Shown here: positions 22,301 through 37,614 of the stretch, piece after piece
Position numbering within the stretch: the stretch's first letter is position 1
Layout: each line of letters starts with the position of its first letter
Origin: Chrysomallon squamiferum
Lineage: Eukaryota; Animalia; Mollusca
Length of the DNA stretch: 64,000 nt
NCBI GenBank assembly: GCA_012295275.1
Contig: CM022666.1
Coordinates: 4,650,001-4,714,000 of the forward strand
Direction: 5' to 3'
Made by a program: the position numbers and the translations under genes
The notes under the pieces: generated by a model
Database searches by the model: none
Seen by the model: only the letters and a program-made list of their open reading frames with translations
Told to the model about the DNA's origin: nothing

Positions 22301-24626
22301 ATACTCGAAAGAAAAGATCGTATTGTATTCTCTACCTGCTCACGCGTTGTATTTTGATTGGCTAAGAGGAAGTGTCGTCTGCTTTCTTTGAATTTATTGG
22401 TTAATTTGTTTTCCCTTCTGTCGTATTTAATTATTTGCTATATATTTCGTAGTCAACGTAATAAAATGAGCAAAGCTATTAAATTTATAGTTTATGCATA
22501 TTGTTCGTAAATAAATTACATACAATAGTTGTTATTGTTATAATAGTAATAGTTGTTGTTGTTGTGTATGTTATTATTATTACGACTGCTTTTGTCGTTA
22601 TTGTTAAATAAAGAGTACAGCGTAACTTCTATTCCTGTTTCCACTAAACCATAAACAACAAAAGGAAAACATGTAGTCTGTGTATCACACAGTGGAAAGT
22701 TCCAGCCCGGATTTGTCATCTTACACGTAATTGGAATAAATAAGTGTAGTGATCCATCTATTATCACACAGCCAGCAATATAAAATGTCTAAAAAATATC
22801 TCCCAGTGACAGAAGAATCTTCTTTTTGTAAATGTCACTTGTATCATGACTGTTGATTCGGTCTGCCGAATAAAAAAATAAGTAAATAAATAAATAAATG
22901 AGCGAAATAAAGTAAAATTAAATAAAAACAAAAATAAAAATAAAAATGTGATAAAAATAAAATAAAAACACAAAATGATAAAAGTAAAGTAAAATAAATA
23001 AATACAGAAAGATATATTAATATAAATTAATTAATTAAAACAATAAAATTAATGAAATCAAATTATAGTAAGATAAAATAAAATAAATAAAGATAGAGTA
23101 AAATAAAAATAAAGAAACAAACAAACCATAAATAAATAAATAAATAATTAAAAAGAAGAAAAGAAAAGGGAAACGATATATTCTGTGTGTCACATGGTGG
23201 ACATTTATACATAATCGGGATAAATAACTGAAGTCATCCATTTATTACTACAGGGCCAGGAATATGAAATGTCTCAGAAATATCTGTCCGTGACAGAAGA
23301 ATCTTCCACTTGTAAACGTTACTTGTATCATGACTGTTGATTCAGTGGCTGGAAAAAAGTCACAATTTTTATATAACAAAATGTATGAATTTATAGAGTA
23401 TTGAATGTGGCTTCATAGTCTACATGGAGTAATTGTTAAGCTTACTGATTAGGTCAATTAGGTTAGATTAAAGAAAGAGTCTTCATAGTGTGCAGGGGTG
23501 ATGCTTGGGTCCAGGTTACTGATTAGGATACATTTAAACTAAGAGCTTCCTATTGTAAATGATTTATAAAATGTTCCATGTTAAAATGTGTTTTACTATA
23601 TATTGTCCAGCTTACTCTAGTATGAGAAGTATGTTTAATATGAAAGTTATTCATAGCAATAAAGGTGATATCAAAATCTGTTATGAAGGGTTCGTGTATG
23701 CTGCGGCAGAATTTCTTCGTGATATCGGGTGGAATATCAACATTAAAAACCATCAACACTAAAATAAAAATAAACATTAACAAAATACTCTGACAAAATG
23801 TGTTTAATCTATCTTTCATTACTAATATATTTCATAATAAAAAATTGTGATTTTTTTTTCCTGTGAATTTGTTTCGGGATTAATTACCACCCCGGAGTGG
23901 TAGGTGTAACTGACTCTTGTTGTTTATCAGAAAGATCTCGCGACACACGTCAAGCTGCAAAGTCGGGAACACGTTGAGAAATAACGTGAGTCCTTTTTCG
24001 AGATCCGATATATTTTTATGTTTTGTTTTGTGAGGGAAGAACTGTTGAACAATTCCAGGGTAACGGTCGCTGTCCACTGAACGCACTGTGTAACTAGTTA
24101 TGTAGATGTTTGCTCTTCTGTATTAACCCGTATGTCATTGTTGTGATCGATTACAATTATTCTATCCGTCTATATGATTATTTACTGCTATATTGAATAC
24201 AGTTTTAAAAGTGTATTGTGTTTGTTGTGTTCTAGTGTATAATAATGGGTGTATACATATATGTGCTTTCTTATTAGATTTTGCATGTGTTCACACTTTT
24301 GTTTAATAGATATTACCAGTGAAGGGATTTTTTTCATGTTTGTCAGGCTTTGAATACTCACAGATCATTTTAGCATATTATTCTTTAGTACGAAGACACC
24401 AAAAACATTTTGTTGCTTCCTACATTTGAGCTGGTGACTACCTGAAAGTCAGTGACACTGTATATACACAAACACATACAATATATTTTATAAATATATA
24501 GAAATTGTTAAATTAAATAAAAATGTTTATTGTTATCTCAACTCTATTCTGTTGAAGTTGAGCAGATTAGATTCACCACCTTGCGCATAAAACCGTGATA
24601 ATACTACTGTTTTAATTTATTTATTA

Positions 24627-24663
<37 letters not shown>

Positions 24664-27052
24664 ATTATTTATTTATTTATTAGTTTATTTATTATTGTTG
24701 TTCTTGTTGTTGCTAGTTAGTTCTTTTCACACACACACACATATACACACATACACATACACACATAGACACACACACACACACACACACAGATCTATAC
24801 CCAAACACACACACATATATATTATTTAAAATATTTTTGACACTGTAATCGGATTCTTTGAATAATTGCCAGTATTTTGAATAACAACATATTAACACTA
24901 TGTTGTTGGCTTGTTTTTTCCTCCCAAGAAGATTTCCGAGAAGTAATAAATACTCATTTTATTCGGCAACTGTGCTATAAATAGATGGTACGTCAACGAA
25001 TTACTAATAAACGGATTCACAAAGTTTGAATACATTATTATTATAGATAAATAAATTTGTTCCTGTTGTTAATGTTGTTGATAATGAAAATGAACATCGA
25101 TAACTTTTTTTTTTTTTTGTATAGCTAGCTTGATCCCGTTTTAAAGATATTTTCTTTTTACAAATTATATAAATAAAAATTTAATAGCTACTTGCTCGAA
25201 ATAAATGGTATAAACGGGTACAATGCACGTGTTTAAGTCCGTTTTTCGTTCAGTCACGCGCTAAAGCTTCTCTCAGCTGTGTTGATCAGTTGACACGCAG
25301 ACGTCACACGTGCATGTGGTGTTCAGATTCTCTCTTCTCTTCTGCTTCCATTTAAACTTAACTCTTTTATAATTTACTTTTCAATATGTGAAAACGAATA
25401 GATATCCTGATGATAAAACGAAACGGAAGACAATAACTTTAGAAACAAAACACGATATCTTAAATGAACACAAAACCCACAATGAGCGGCGTATAATTAT
25501 TTCTTAATCTGTTTGTATAAATTGATTTGTAAATGATTTAGTGTCTGTTTAATATCTATGATCTATTAAATTATTTATTTCTCCTTATTTAAAAAAAAAA
25601 TGTTTTATGTGGAATCTCATCAGCGAGAACGTAACCACTGTTTTTAACCTTAATTCTATCTATGTAAATTAGTCTCCCGATACCTCACTTAACGATCGGA
25701 AATTTGGAGCCAATTACATCGTTGTATGTGTCTGTTAACTTACCACTTTTCTCAGCTTTTGTGTGACTTTCACTCAGTTTCTAAAAAGAATGTTAATAAC
25801 CAATTTGAAACTCGTCCATAATAATCAGTTATAAATTTACAAATATGTTTCAGCACTATGAATTTCTCCTTTTCATAATTTAAATATTATTAAAGGTATA
25901 TGGATCTTTTTTCTTAATTTCCTTTGTAATGAACTTAACTGTTTAATATTTTTGTATAGAATTTACCTATTTCACCATAACAAATTTTTGTTGTTGTTGC
26001 ATTTAATATATTTATAAAACTGATGAGTATCAAGTTTAGTATTTCATTTTCCTTTAGATACAGTCTGTGTCAAACAAGATTAAAATGTTATTAATACCAA
26101 GATAAAGACACGCACATAAATATCATTATTTCAAAAACCTGAAAGTAAAATAATAAATAAAACCACACACACAAACACACACATACATACACACATACAC
26201 ACACACAAATACACACAGAAAAGCGCGCAATAATACTACACAAACAACAGAATACTTCTTCAAACAATTAAAATAAGACTAGTGGAAAATAATGACATAT
26301 CTTTCAGAAATATATATTGCCTTTTACTTCCTTTTCGTTAACGAAATGATGTTTATATTATGTGTTAGAGACAACTGCACTTTAGAGCACCAAAAAGGGA
26401 TGTTAGAAAGCAAGGCTGCTTTGGTCTGGAGGGCTGAAGAAAAAACAGCGAAGTTAATGTAATAATTGGTTTTCAGTTGACAAGCCGGACTAAATTCCTT
26501 TGCATTACAGCGTTACTTCTGTTCACGATTTCGAGAAGTCATACTAACCGATATATAATAGTACTATCACCTGCCTGGAATTCTAGTGAAGGTTAAGTTC
26601 TTTGTACAATAATGAGGGAACTATTTTCTGATGTAAAGTTAGCTTTCATGAATCCATGCGCATGCTTATTAGCAAGAGTTAGCGCCACGCCAAATAAGGG
26701 TATTTTTGTGATGTTGTAGTCTACAATAGACACTGACATGCGCAGTTTAGTCAATGACGTGGCAAAGTGGATGTGCACAGATGAGAAATGTTAATATGTA
26801 AAGTTATTCAACTTACTGGGTAAAAATAAGTAATGGAGGTAAAAGTGACTATTTGAACATCTACAAAGTCATTTTATACACACGTGCACACTATTATGTA
26901 TATTTAGTTAATACTCGGACTTAACTGTTGCATGTCGTTATTCAGAGCAGAGTTCAGATGGAAAAAAACAACAAAAAAACAAACAAACACACAAACAAAC
27001 ACACAAACAAACAAAAAATAAAACAAGCAAGTCACTCACACACACACACAAA

Positions 27053-27112
<60 letters not shown>

Positions 27113-27890
27113 TCTATTACAAATCCTAACTAAATTATAAAGAATTTATTCAAGAGCATCTACATTATCTAATTTCAAATGTCCTAATACACTCCAGCTA
27201 TGCACTACAGTATATATCTACACAAGATCCACGGAGGCGCACAGTTATAAAAATTGGATTACTCCCTGACAGAAAAAATATTTTTATTTGTCTTCATTTA
27301 TATTTAAAATCGTTTCAGTGGTTGAACGTGTTTATTTGGACGAGCGATAACAGTAATCGCATGACTGAAGCAGGTTATGTAAAGTTATGTCAACCGTATT
27401 ACTAACAGACAGATCCAGAAAGTACGAATGCATTATCATTGTTATAAATAAATAAATCTGATGTTGTGGTTGTTGTTATTGTTGCCTCTAATGTATAGAG
27501 TTGCTTCTGTTCACGCGTTCGGTAAATTTTACAAAGTGATATAATACTACTATCACATGCTGAGGTTTTTCTCCCACAACCGTTTTGACATTCGAGAATG
27601 CGCTGGAAGTCATCGACTGCCAATCCCATTGAAAAACATATAAATAGAAGTGTTGTCAAAAACGTGACTTGTGGAATATCTACAATGTCATTTTATACAC
27701 ACGTACATACTATTATGTCAGGTTAGTACTTTGCAGCTAATTGTTGATCTAATCAGAGCACAGGTGAGCCGGAAAAAACAAATAAACAAGAAAAACAAAC
27801 AAGAAATTCAAAACAAAACAACAGTAAGAAAGAAACAACAAGAACATGAAAGAAAGAAGAACAAACAACAAACAACAAAATACAAATAAG

Positions 27891-27927
<37 letters not shown>

Positions 27928-29379
27928 GATGTATTTTAAGAATATTGCTTTGTTCAGTTTGCCCTGAGTTGTTTTTGTGACAGAAACTAGACTACGTCAA
28001 GTACATGTGATGTACGTCCATGAACAGAAACAAAGAAGGAAAAACTTAACAACTGACTATTAACCAGGTAGTTTGTTATTTTTGTATTTAATTACTCTTC
28101 AATAGTCTAGCCACCAAATAAATTATCAAAAATTTAATCCAGAACATCTACATTATCTAATTTCAAATATCCTAATACACTCCAGCTATGCACTACAGTA
28201 TATATCTACACAAGATCCACGAAGGCGCACAGTCATGAAAATTGGATTATTCCCTGACAAACAAAAACTACTTATTTTTATTTATTTATTTTTAAAAATT
28301 GTGTATGTTGTTCGACGTATTTCTGTGGACTAGACATAAAAGTAATCACGTCAATGAAGTTGGTAGTGTGTGGGATATCAATCTGACGTCACGTGTACAT
28401 TTCACAGTCAGCGACGTCATTGTAGGCCGGACTCAGAGTGAACACGTTGACCGGGCATTTTGAATCAGGTGAGTCACTTAGAAAACAACTATTTATAAAC
28501 ACTACTCGGGTAGATCTATTTTTAAAGACAATGCACTCGGCATTGCAAAAGGTGTTTCAGTGACCTACCATTGTTGTCGTCGGTGTCAAGAACGACTGCT
28601 TAACTATTAAAACGTAAACAGTGATACATGTGTTTGAATGAGCACGTCTGTGGGTGTATCTATATCAGTATGTGATATGTACCTGGTTATAAAACAGCAG
28701 TATTTTACATAGTCTATAAAGTATACAAATTTCGCTTTATAAAATAAAAATTAAATCATGTCGCTGACTGGTGTAGAAGTGAAAAGTAAGTTGAAAAATG
28801 ATCTCATTAATTTTACTTGTTATTACAACAAAAAAGAAACAAACAAACGAAGAAACAAATAAAGAAAAAATAAGAAGAAACTGACAAATGCACAACAAGA
28901 CATTTTTACTACTTTTAAAGTAAATATAAATTATGAACAGGTGACCAGAGGTATCACTGTAGTCTTTATTTAACAACAATGATAACAGCTAACAGTAATA
29001 ATGAAGATGATGATGATGATGAAAGTGATAATAAAAATTAATAATGATGATGATGATAGTGATAATACAATTAATAATCCTATTATTTACGATTCTGAAA
29101 TACTTCTAAAAACAAAATTCTTATTCTGATAAAACAAAATGCCTTAAATCGATTATTTATTATGCAAATTTTACATGAAATTTCACATGTAACATATATA
29201 TAAATATTTAATACTCTTATCGTTTCAGTGCATGAGTACATAAATTATAAAGAACACTTGTATTATTCATTTTAAACCAATCAGTGAACATTTAACTTTC
29301 ATCAGTCACTTTATATTGAAAATCAGTAATATGTAAATATGTATTCACTGCATACTGCACACATTCATTTTACATAGAA

Positions 29380-29890
29380 AATCTCTAGAACATATTCACT
29401 GTTTGTAGAACATCCACTGTACAGATTTACTGAACACAGACCATCAATAGTACATATATTACATATTCACTGTACAAAGAAAAGCCACTATGCATGGAGT
29501 ATTCATTATTATTTAACATTAATTATATTTACAACATCCACAGATGTACATGTTTAGGATATTAACTGTACAAAAATATCTTTGAACATAGAACATCTGC
29601 AGCAGAACATCTATTGTGTACAGAACATCTACCATACAAGAACATTCACTGTACACTGAACTTCTACTGTACTTGAGTATCCCTTGTACAATGTGAGTAA
29701 AACCTAAAATAATAGTAAATAAAACCTGAAGCAGAGTCCATCTTTTGTGAATGATGAGGACTGTCAGTGATTATTTTGTTAATAAAATTCTGTGTGATGA
29801 TGTAGACAATAAAATTATCAACGATGAGGTTGACACTGAATTTTTGAATGATGATGCTGACAGTAAAATTCTGAATGATGATGTAGGATG
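29380..29890. repeat. Degenerate ~22-bp (agaacatctactgtaca) array then ~27-bp (gaatgatgatgctgacagtaaaattct) array; also ~34900-35680 and ~53410-54100
   Basis: Visible degenerate tandem units. Confidence 0.75.
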
Positions 29891-30379
29891 ATGGCCACGA
29901 CAACCTTTGTTCTTACTTATGAGAATGTAATATTTTTAGGTTTTAAATTAATTTCTTTTCATGTAGCTTTCATTGTCTGATCCTCGCTGGTTTAAAAAAT
30001 TATTCTTAGCCTGACAAAACCAGATCTGTTAAAAGATGAAAAGAGAGAAAGTAAAAAAAAAATAAATAAATAAAAGAACTAATTTCATGGAATAAGTTTA
30101 GTTCATATATAAATATATGAAAGAATTAATTATTTGTTTATTTGTTCTGCATGAGAAACAAGTCAACTGTTGATCATTTCAACTTGGAGGTCTATGAATC
30201 CATTCTGAAATATAAAAAAGATACATATTCAGACACATTGTATATTATACATCACAGTATGTCAGTTTTATAATATCATATACTGAATACATGATATTTA
30301 CTTTACTGAATCTTTAATAGTAAAGTCTTTGATTTGTAAATTACAGGATATATACTGTATTGTAACGATCTTTAAGGTT

Positions 30380-31150
30380 ACCGTACTGGAATCATACTGT
30401 ATCACTTGGTATATCAATTACATGATATGTACTGCACTCTATTAATCTTTAATACTATATCCCTGGATATATAATTTACATAGTATGTATTGTATTCTAT
30501 TATATAATATTTAATACTGAATGGCTGGATATATAAATTACATGGAATGTACTGCACTCTATTAATCTTTAAGGTCTATGAATCTATTCTGAAATTTAAA
30601 AATAATACATATTCAGATCCATTGTATATTCTACATCATAGTATTTCAGTTTTACAATATCATACACTGAATATATGGTATTTGTCATGCTAGATTTTTA
30701 ATATTATATCCTTTGATTTATAAATTACATGATATGTACTGTAATAATTTTGTATATTACATCCTTGGATATACACATTAATGTACTCATTTATACTCTA
30801 CACCACAGGACCTCATTTATTTATAAAATGATACACAGAATACATATTATTTGCAATACTGAATCTGTAATATTATATCTTTGAATATATAAATTACATG
30901 ATATGTACTGCACTCTATTAATCTTTAATACTGGATACATAAATTACATGGTATATACTGCAGTCTATTAATCTTTAATGCTGGATACACAAATTACATG
31001 GTATGTACTGCACTCTATTAATCTTTAACAGCGTATCTCTAGACGTATAAATTACATGGTATGTACTGTACTTAATTATATAATATTTAATACTGTCTCC
31101 CTGTAAATATAAACTACATGATATGTAATGTACTGCAATACTACTGTATT
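30380..31150. repeat. Degenerate ~50-60-bp array (ggatatataaattacatggtatgtactgcactctattaatcttt); also ~13870-14060 and inverted 58932-59130
   Basis: Visible tandem units. Confidence 0.75.
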
Positions 31151-33268
31151 CTGGATGTTTCAATTATATTATTCTGCAACTTTTGTCTTATTTCCAGTTA
31201 AAATGTGTTTCGCTGTATATTCTCCATGTTGCTCTAGTATCAGAAGTATGTTTAATATGGAAGTTATTCATAGCAATAAGGATGGTATCAAAATATGTTA
31301 TGAAGGGTTCGTGTATGCTGCGGCAGAATTTCTACGTGATATCGAGTGGAACATCAGCTTAAATCATCAACATTAAAATCAAAAAACATTAACAAAATGT
31401 GTTTAATCTATCTTTCATTACTAATATATTTCATAATTAAAAATTGTGATTTTTTTTCCTGTGACTTTTTTTCGGGATTAAGTGTCACCTCGGAGTGCTA
31501 GATGTTACTGACCCTTGTTGTTTACCAGAATAATCTGGCGACACACGTCAAGCTGCAAGGTCGGGAACACGTTGAGAAATAACATGAGTCCCTTTTTCAT
31601 AAAAATACGGAGATATTTTGTTCTTGGTCAGGGAAAAACTGTGGAACAATTCCAGGGTAACGGTCGCTGTCCACTGAACGCACTGTGTAACTAGTTATGT
31701 AGATGTTTGCTCTTCAGTATTAATCCTTACGTGATTATTGTGATCGATTACCATCATTCTATCCATTTATATTATTCTTTACTGCTATACTGAATACAGT
31801 TTTAGAAGTGTCAAGTTTATTTATTATTGTTGTTCTTGTTGTTGCTAGTTAGTTATTTTCACACACACACATAGACACATACACACACACACACAGAGAT
31901 CCATACCAAAACACACACACATACATATTATTTAAAATATTTTTGTCACTGTAATCGGATTCTTTTTAACGTTGCCAGTATTTTGAATAACAACATATTA
32001 ACACTATGTTGTTGGCTTGTTTTTTCCTCCCTTGAAGATTTCAGATATGTAATATATAGTCATTTTATTCGGGAACTGTGCTATAAATAGATGGTACGTC
32101 AACGAATTACTAATAAACGGATTCACAAAGTTTGAATACATTATTATTATAGATAAATAAATTTGTTCCTGTTGTTAATGTTGTTGAAAATGAAAATGAA
32201 CATCGATAACTTTTTTTTTTTTTTTCTTTTTTTGTATAGCTAGCTTGATCCCGTTTTAAAGATATTTTCTTTTTACAAATTATATAAATAAAAATGTAAT
32301 AGTTAGTTGCTCGAAATAAATGGTACAAACGGGTACAATGGACGTGTTTAAGTCCGTTTTTCGTTAATTCACGCGCTAAAGCTTCTCTCAGCTGTGTTGA
32401 TCAGTTGACACGCAGACGTCACACGTGCATGTGATGTTCAGATTCTCTCTTCTCTTCTGCTTCCATTTAAACTTAACTCTTTTATAATTTACTTTTCCAA
32501 TATGTCAAAACGAATAGATATGCTGATGATAAAACGAAACGGAAGACAATAACTTTAGAAAGAAAACACGATATCTTAAATGAACACAAAACCCACAATG
32601 AGTGGCGTACAATTATTTCTTAATCTGTTTGTATAAACTGATTTGTAAATGATTTACTGTTTGTTTAATATCTATGATGTATTAAATTATTTATTTCTCC
32701 TTATTTAAAAAAAAATAAAATGTTTTATGTGAAATCTCATCAGCAAGAACGTAACCACTGTTTCTAACCTTAATTCTATCTATGTAAATTAGTCTCCCGA
32801 TACCTCACTTAACGATCGGGAATTTGGAACCAATTACATCGTTGTATGTGTCTGTTAACTTACCACTTTTCTCAGCTTTTGTGTGACTTTCACTCAGTTT
32901 CTAAAAACAATGTTAATAACCAATTTGAAACTCGTCCATAATGACCAGTTTTAAATTTACAAATATGTTTCAGCACTATATATTTCTTCTTTTCATAATT
33001 TAAATATTATTAAAGGTATATGGATCTTTTTTTCTTAATTTCCTTTGTAATGAACTTAACTATTTAATATTTTTATATAGAATTTACCTATTTTTGTTGT
33101 TGTTGTTGCATTTAATATATTTAAAAAACTGATGAGTATCAAGTTTAGTATTTCATTTTCCTTTAGATACAGCCTGTGTCAAACAAGATGAAAATGTTAT
33201 TAATACCAAGATAAAGACACACGCATAAATAACATTATTTCAAAAAATAAAAGTAAAATATTAAATAA

Positions 33269-33310
<42 letters not shown>

Positions 33311-34209
33311 AAAGCGCAACAGACACTATACAAACAACAGAATACTTCTTCAAACAATTAAAATAAGACTATAGGAAAATAGTGACATATCTTTCAGAAA
33401 TATATACTGCATTTTACTTCCTTTTCGATAACGAAATGATTTTTATATTATGTGTCAGAGACAGCTGCACTTTAGAAGATATTAATATTGAATTAAAACA
33501 AACAGAAAATTAAGTTTCCCATATACTAGGGATGCTAGAAAGCAAGGCTACTTTGGTCTGGAGGTATGAAGAAGAAACAACGAAATTAATATAATAATTG
33601 GTGTCCAAGTTTTCAGTTGACAGACCGTACTAAATTCCTCTGGATTACAGCGTTACTTCTGTTCACGATTTCGACAAGTCATACTAACCGATATATAATA
33701 GTAGTATCAGCTGCCTGGAATTCTAGTCAAGGTTAAGGTCTGTGTACAACAATGAGGGAACTATTTTCTGATGTAAATTTAGCTTTCGTGAATTTATGCG
33801 CATGCGTATTAACAAGAGTTAGCGCCACGCCAAATAAGGGTATTTTTGTGATGTTGTAGTCTAGAATAGACACTGACATGCGCAGTTTAGTCAATGACGT
33901 GGCAAAGTGGAAGTGTACAGATAAAAAATGTTAATATGTAAAGTTATTCAACTTACTGGGTAAAAAACAAATTAAGTTAGGTAAACGTGACTATTTGAAC
34001 ATCTTCAAAGTCATTTTATACACACGTGTATACTATTATGTATATTTAGTTAATATTCGCACTTAACTGTTGCATGACCTTATTCAGAGCAGAGTTCAGA
34101 TGGAAAACAAATATATCAAAAAACAAAACAAAAAACCCACAAACAAACAAACAAAAAACAACAAAGAAACATAACAAATAATATAAAAAAACAATACAAT
34201 ACAAGCAAG

Positions 34210-34245
<36 letters not shown>

Positions 34246-35739
34246 ACACACACACACACACGCATACACTAATCTATTTTAAGAATTTTGGCTTACTTCA
34301 CTTTCCCGTGAGTTGTTTTTATGATAGAAGGATAATATCTTTTTATTTTTATTCATTTATATTTAAAATCGTGTCAGTTGTTCAACATGCTTATGTGGAC
34401 TAGAGATAACAGTGATCGCGTGATTCAAGGAGACATAAAATAAGACATCGGTACAATCACACGTTATAAACACTACTCGGGTAGAATTACTTTTAAAGAT
34501 AATTTAATGCGGATTTTTAAAAGTTTTCCAGTGAGCTACCATTGTTACTGTCGGGTTTTTTAGACAGCAAACCAAACAGTGAAGGACGAGAGCATAACTA
34601 TTAAAACTATTTATGTTTCTGAAATGCTTCTAAAAAGAAAATTCTTATTGTGATAAAACAAAAAATGCTTCAAATAGATTGTTTATTATGCAAACTTTAC
34701 ATGAAATTTTAAATGTAACATATATATAAACATTTATTACTTTCATAATTTCACTGCATGGGTACATACTGTATAAAGAACACTTAACTAGTATTACTCA
34801 TTATAAACCAGTCAGTGAACATTTAACTTTCATCAGTCAGTTTATATAGAAAATCAATATGTAAATATTTATTCACTGCATACAGTACACACTCATTTTA
34901 CATAGAACATCCCTAGAACACATTCACTGTTTGTAGAACATCCACTGTACAGATTTACTGAACACAGACCATCAATAGTACATACATTACATATTCACTG
35001 TACAAAGAAAAGCCACTATGCATGGAGTATTCATTATCATTTAACATTAATTATATTTACAACATCCACATATGTACATGTTTAGAACATCAACTGTACA
35101 AAAACATCTTTGAACATAGAACATCTACAGCAGAACATCCATTGTGTACAGAACACCTACCATAGAAGAACATTCACTGCACACTGAACATCTACTGTAC
35201 TTGAGTATCCAATGTACAGTGTATACAGAACATCTGTACAAGATCATATTTTTACACAAGACACAGACTGAAGAACAGTCACCGCAGAATAACGCCCATT
35301 GTACATAGAATATCATTTGTACAAGAGCATCCACTGTACAACGAATATCCAGTGTACAGGAACATCCATTGTACACAGAACATCTATTGTACAAGAATTT
35401 CCATTGTAAATAGAACAACTGTTGCACAAGAACATCTATTGTATAATGTGAGTAAAACCTAAAATAATAGTAAATAAAACCTGAAGCAGAGTCCATCTTT
35501 TGTGAATGATGAGGACTGTCAGTGATTATTTTGTTAATAAAATTCTGGATGATGCTGTAGACAATAAAATTATCAACGATGAGGTTGACATTGAATTTTT
35601 GAATGATGATGCTGAAGTAAAATTCTGAATAATGATGTTGACAGTGAAAATCTGAATGATGATGTAGGATGATGACCATGACAACATTTGTTCTTACTTA
35701 TGAGAATGTAATATTTTTAGGTTTTAAATTAATTTCTTT

Positions 35740-36282
35740 TCATGTATCTTTCATTGTCTGATCCTCGCTGGTTTCAAAAATTATTCTTAACCTGACAAAA
35801 CCAGATCTGTTAAAAGATGAAAAGAGAGAAAGTAAAACAAAACAAAATAATTAATTTCATGGAGTAAGTTTAGTTCATAAATATATATAATTAATTATTT
35901 AATAATTAATAAGGATAAGTAATGTGAATAATAACAACTGTAAATTAAATAAAACTATACACAAAAGTATTCATTAATTAATTCAATAAATCAATAGTTT
36001 AACTAATAATAATAACAATAAACTAACTATAAGGATCACAAACAAACAAATAAAATAATATTCTTTAGAACTGAAATTAAAAGAAAATTGATGTTCAAGA
36101 GACCATCTTAGACAGAAATAATTTACCTTTCTCTGTAGATCCATAAAAGTGAACCAAACAGTTCCTTGAGCACCACAATGGACAAAAATACAACAACAAT
36201 TTGAGCTGTATCCATGACGATGCGCCTGGCTGCAGTGAGTAAAGCGTCAAGTTGGTTTTCTACAATGTCTGGTCTCTCCGTC
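35740..36282 (-). CDS. Gene X: TM exon 36282-36127 plus terminal exon 35806-35740 of a single-pass membrane protein
   Basis: Open, phase-matched exons give TERPDIVENQLDALLTAARRIVMDTAQIVVVFLSIVVLKELFGSLLWIYRERSGFVRLRIIFETSEDQTMKDT*; canonical splice sites; second open copy at 55177-55022/54475-54409. Confidence 0.65.
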
Positions 36283-36635
36283 CTGTGAAAGTAAATTGTA
36301 AAAACAGAGAATTAAAATTTAAACAAATACAAGAAAACATATTACTTCAAGTAGTGTCTTTAAGGTTATTAAACACTCAGATATGTACAAATATAATCTG
36401 AGTTCTCACATAAACAGAACTAAGACAAATGCATTTACAGTTTTAAAATTATATTTGATAAAACTCTCTTTTAAATTCCCCGGATACATAAATTACATGG
36501 TAAGTACTGTACTGGAATAATACTGTATCTCTGGATGTTCAAATCACGTCATTCTGTAACTTTTGTTTCATTTCCAGTTACATATTTAAGAAATCAACTA
36601 AAAAAGAAGTATTTAAAAATAAATAAATAAACTCA

Positions 36636-36782
36636 CAGACAGCACTTACTATGTCGTAACGGAGACCCAGTCTGTTGAAACTATGTTTGGTTAGACAACC
36701 TCTGACACGTGTACACAGCCATAACAAGGAGACACACAACTACAGTGACAACAGCATTTGGGATAAAAACGTTTTGGACAAC
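36636..36782 (-). pseudogene. Degenerate Cys-rich EGF-like (MEGF10/CED-1 style) exon; partial tandem copy ~37195-37254
   Basis: catccag|GT TGT gives CPKRFYPKCCCHCSCVSPCYGCVHVS, then frameshifted GCLTKHSFNRLGLRYDI; phase-1 start typical of EGF modules. Confidence 0.45.
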
Positions 36783-36957
36783 CTGGATGAAAAATAAAAT
36801 TCAAAGAAAATATTAACTGCGAAAATAACAATAGTTATAAATAACAACAGCAATAACAATAATAGTACAAACAATTCTAGTAATGATATTACATTAACAA
36901 CAACAAGTATTTTTTTAGATAAAGGTCCTTCAGTAATAAAGAGTTATTTTCCTTAAT

Positions 36958-37028
<71 letters not shown>

Positions 37029-37614
37029 AGCCTTACATGTATTAATAGACACAGACATATAAACATGGATACACATATCAACCAGAAATATATATATATA
37101 CACACACTCTAACGCACACATATATATACATACATACATAAATAATAATAATAAGTAGAATAATAAATATAAGTAGAATAATAATAATAATAAGCAAAAG
37201 GAAACACACAACTATAGTGACAACAGCATTTGAGATAAAAAGTGTTTGGAATACCTGGATGAAAACTAAAATTGAAACAAAATATTAACTGCCAAAAAAT
37301 GTCATAAACAACAATAATTACAATAACAATAATAATAACAACAACAATAGCGGTAAAATCCTTAAAGATATAAATAATAATGATGACATTGATATTACAA
37401 TAACAACAACAACAACGATCATTATTTGAGAAAATGGTCCTTAAGTACGAAAGAGTTATCTTCCTTAATATTCTCTGTTAAGACTTCTGCACTGATATAC
37501 ACTAATATACATATATAAACACACACACAAATACACGGAATACACACGCCTGTTGTAATACATCAATAAAAACGAGTATTCGCTACGATTAACCTATCTA
37601 GTACATAATTATCT

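Noticed and set aside
35125-35679. 184-aa ORF, the longest in the track
   Set aside because: Spans degenerate 22/27-bp arrays and is not conserved in the paralogs at 29.4-29.9 and 53.4-54.1 kb.
36680-36782. Alternative TM-like reading VVQNVFIPNAVVTVVVCLLVMAVY
   Set aside because: A by-product frame of TGT-rich DNA that ends in TAG; the Cys/EGF frame fits better, though it is not proven.
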